The position numbers were made by a program, and so were the translations under genes. From positions 224,001 through 288,000 of the forward strand of contig CBDBCZ010000010.1 in the NCBI GenBank assembly GCA_965203295.1: a DNA stretch of 64,000 nt, written 5' to 3'. Positions 62,970-64,000 of the stretch are shown here, in pieces; position 1 is the first letter of the stretch; each line of letters opens with the position of its first letter. The DNA is from Nitrospirales bacterium (lineage in GTDB: Bacteria > Nitrospirota > Nitrospiria > Nitrospirales > UBA8639). The notes beneath the pieces are model-generated. The model was not told the origin of the DNA. It searched no databases and was given only the letters and a program-made list of their open reading frames with translations.

Positions 62970-63900
62970 ACAAGGTACGTACATTTGTGTGTGTTAGTGT
63001 TGTGCCTGGTGAAAACCCTGTAATCGATACACACAGATTTTCTCAATGCCAGTAGTTATGTATAGTGCATACAATAGCAGAATATTTTGGTTATTATTTG
63101 TGAAGTTACCCGATGATTTCTACTCTAATTGTCCTGTATTGAACGTCATGCTATTTATTTAGCCTCATTCCCAGGCCTCTACACCTTCATTTATGTGGGT
63201 AGAAGCCTGGGAATAAGGCTGGTACATGTATGTGTAACTATTGTCTATTTCAGCACTTACCTAGTTTGGTACCAGAGATCTCATCTGGGATTCCTACCCT
63301 CTCTTCAAAAGGTGTCACATGCATACAAGTCGTCCTCAAAAAGAGTCTCAAAGAGCTCGACTGACGAAAAGAAATTGTCGAAGTACAGGTGATAGTTACC
63401 ACCCACCAGTGGCTGGGACAACTTCCGAACGACGTTTGCTCCTAAATGATGCTGTGGTGCCTCCTCTTTGCCCGTGTACACATCCAGGTCACAATGTACC
63501 CGTTGATGCTATCGGCCCTCATCCAGACCTTAAATCCACGCTTGATTGGTTTCAGCGGGAGGTACTGCTTTAGGGATGACCTCCCTTTGAGCTTGATCAT
63601 GGCTTCGTCGATCGCGTTCTCTCGATCAGGTTTGTAGCTCTCCAGGAAGATCTGTTACTTGTTTTGCTAATCATGTCCAGTAGATGTGCGCGTGTGTGTG
63701 TGTGGGGGGGGGGGGGGTGTGCTCTTACTAGACTTCGCTCCAGATCTAGATTTGTAATGACATATTTTGTCTTTTCCAGGTTCTCAGAGAGCAACTGTTT
63801 GATACTGCTTTGTACTGGCTCTGGTCGACTGATGCTCTGCATGCTGTGCACAGGGCTGAAGATGATGATGTATGTCCATCTGATGTAAGTATATGCTCAA
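62970..63900 (-). pseudogene. piggyBac transposase core (5' part of the gene ending at ~47700)
   Basis: AIDEAMIKLKGRSSLKQYLPLKPIKRGFKVW; HLYFDNFFSS. Confidence 0.85.
63160..63221. mobile_element. Very short Academ-type MITE
   Basis: TAGCCTCATTCCCAGGC..GCCTGGGAATAAGGCTG hairpin. Confidence 0.5.
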
Positions 63901-64000
63901 TTCCATGCCATGCCATGAGTCCTTACTACATCCTTCCTTATTGTGCATTCCTTTCAGTTGCGTACCAGAACAGAGGAATACGGCCTGAGCAAGGATGTAG

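Overview
Eukaryotic, AT-rich, intron-containing DNA, probably an invertebrate animal; a sponge-like genome is an inference only. The window is almost entirely nested and mostly decayed transposable elements, and I recognise no intact host gene. Left to right: (1) the end of an IS3EU-like element, then a kinase pseudogene facing an integrase-core remnant; (2) two IS630/Tc1 DD34E-type transposases, each facing the same unnamed PB1-like/SHOCT-like gene, with a third copy of that gene at 25.8-29.3 kb; (3) a Helitron/Helentron RepHel with an OTU protease; (4) Crypton and Ngaro remnants and a hAT; (5) a Gypsy LTR retrotransposon containing an AcademH (RecQ + transposase); (6) a TIR element carrying a NAB-NCD2-like + PHD gene, interrupted by a Zator; (7) a piggyBac transposase split by a 14.7-kb IS3EU-like element. 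That last element is the most striking system. It has a perfect 6-bp TSD and ~830-bp TIRs, and its two genes, a HECT E3 ligase and a DDE transposase, both start with homologous SAM-like exons. Its structure is hidden by a 3.66-kb internal inversion and by a nested Ngaro retrotransposon. All family and domain calls are by eye and need HMM/Dfam/Repbase confirmation.
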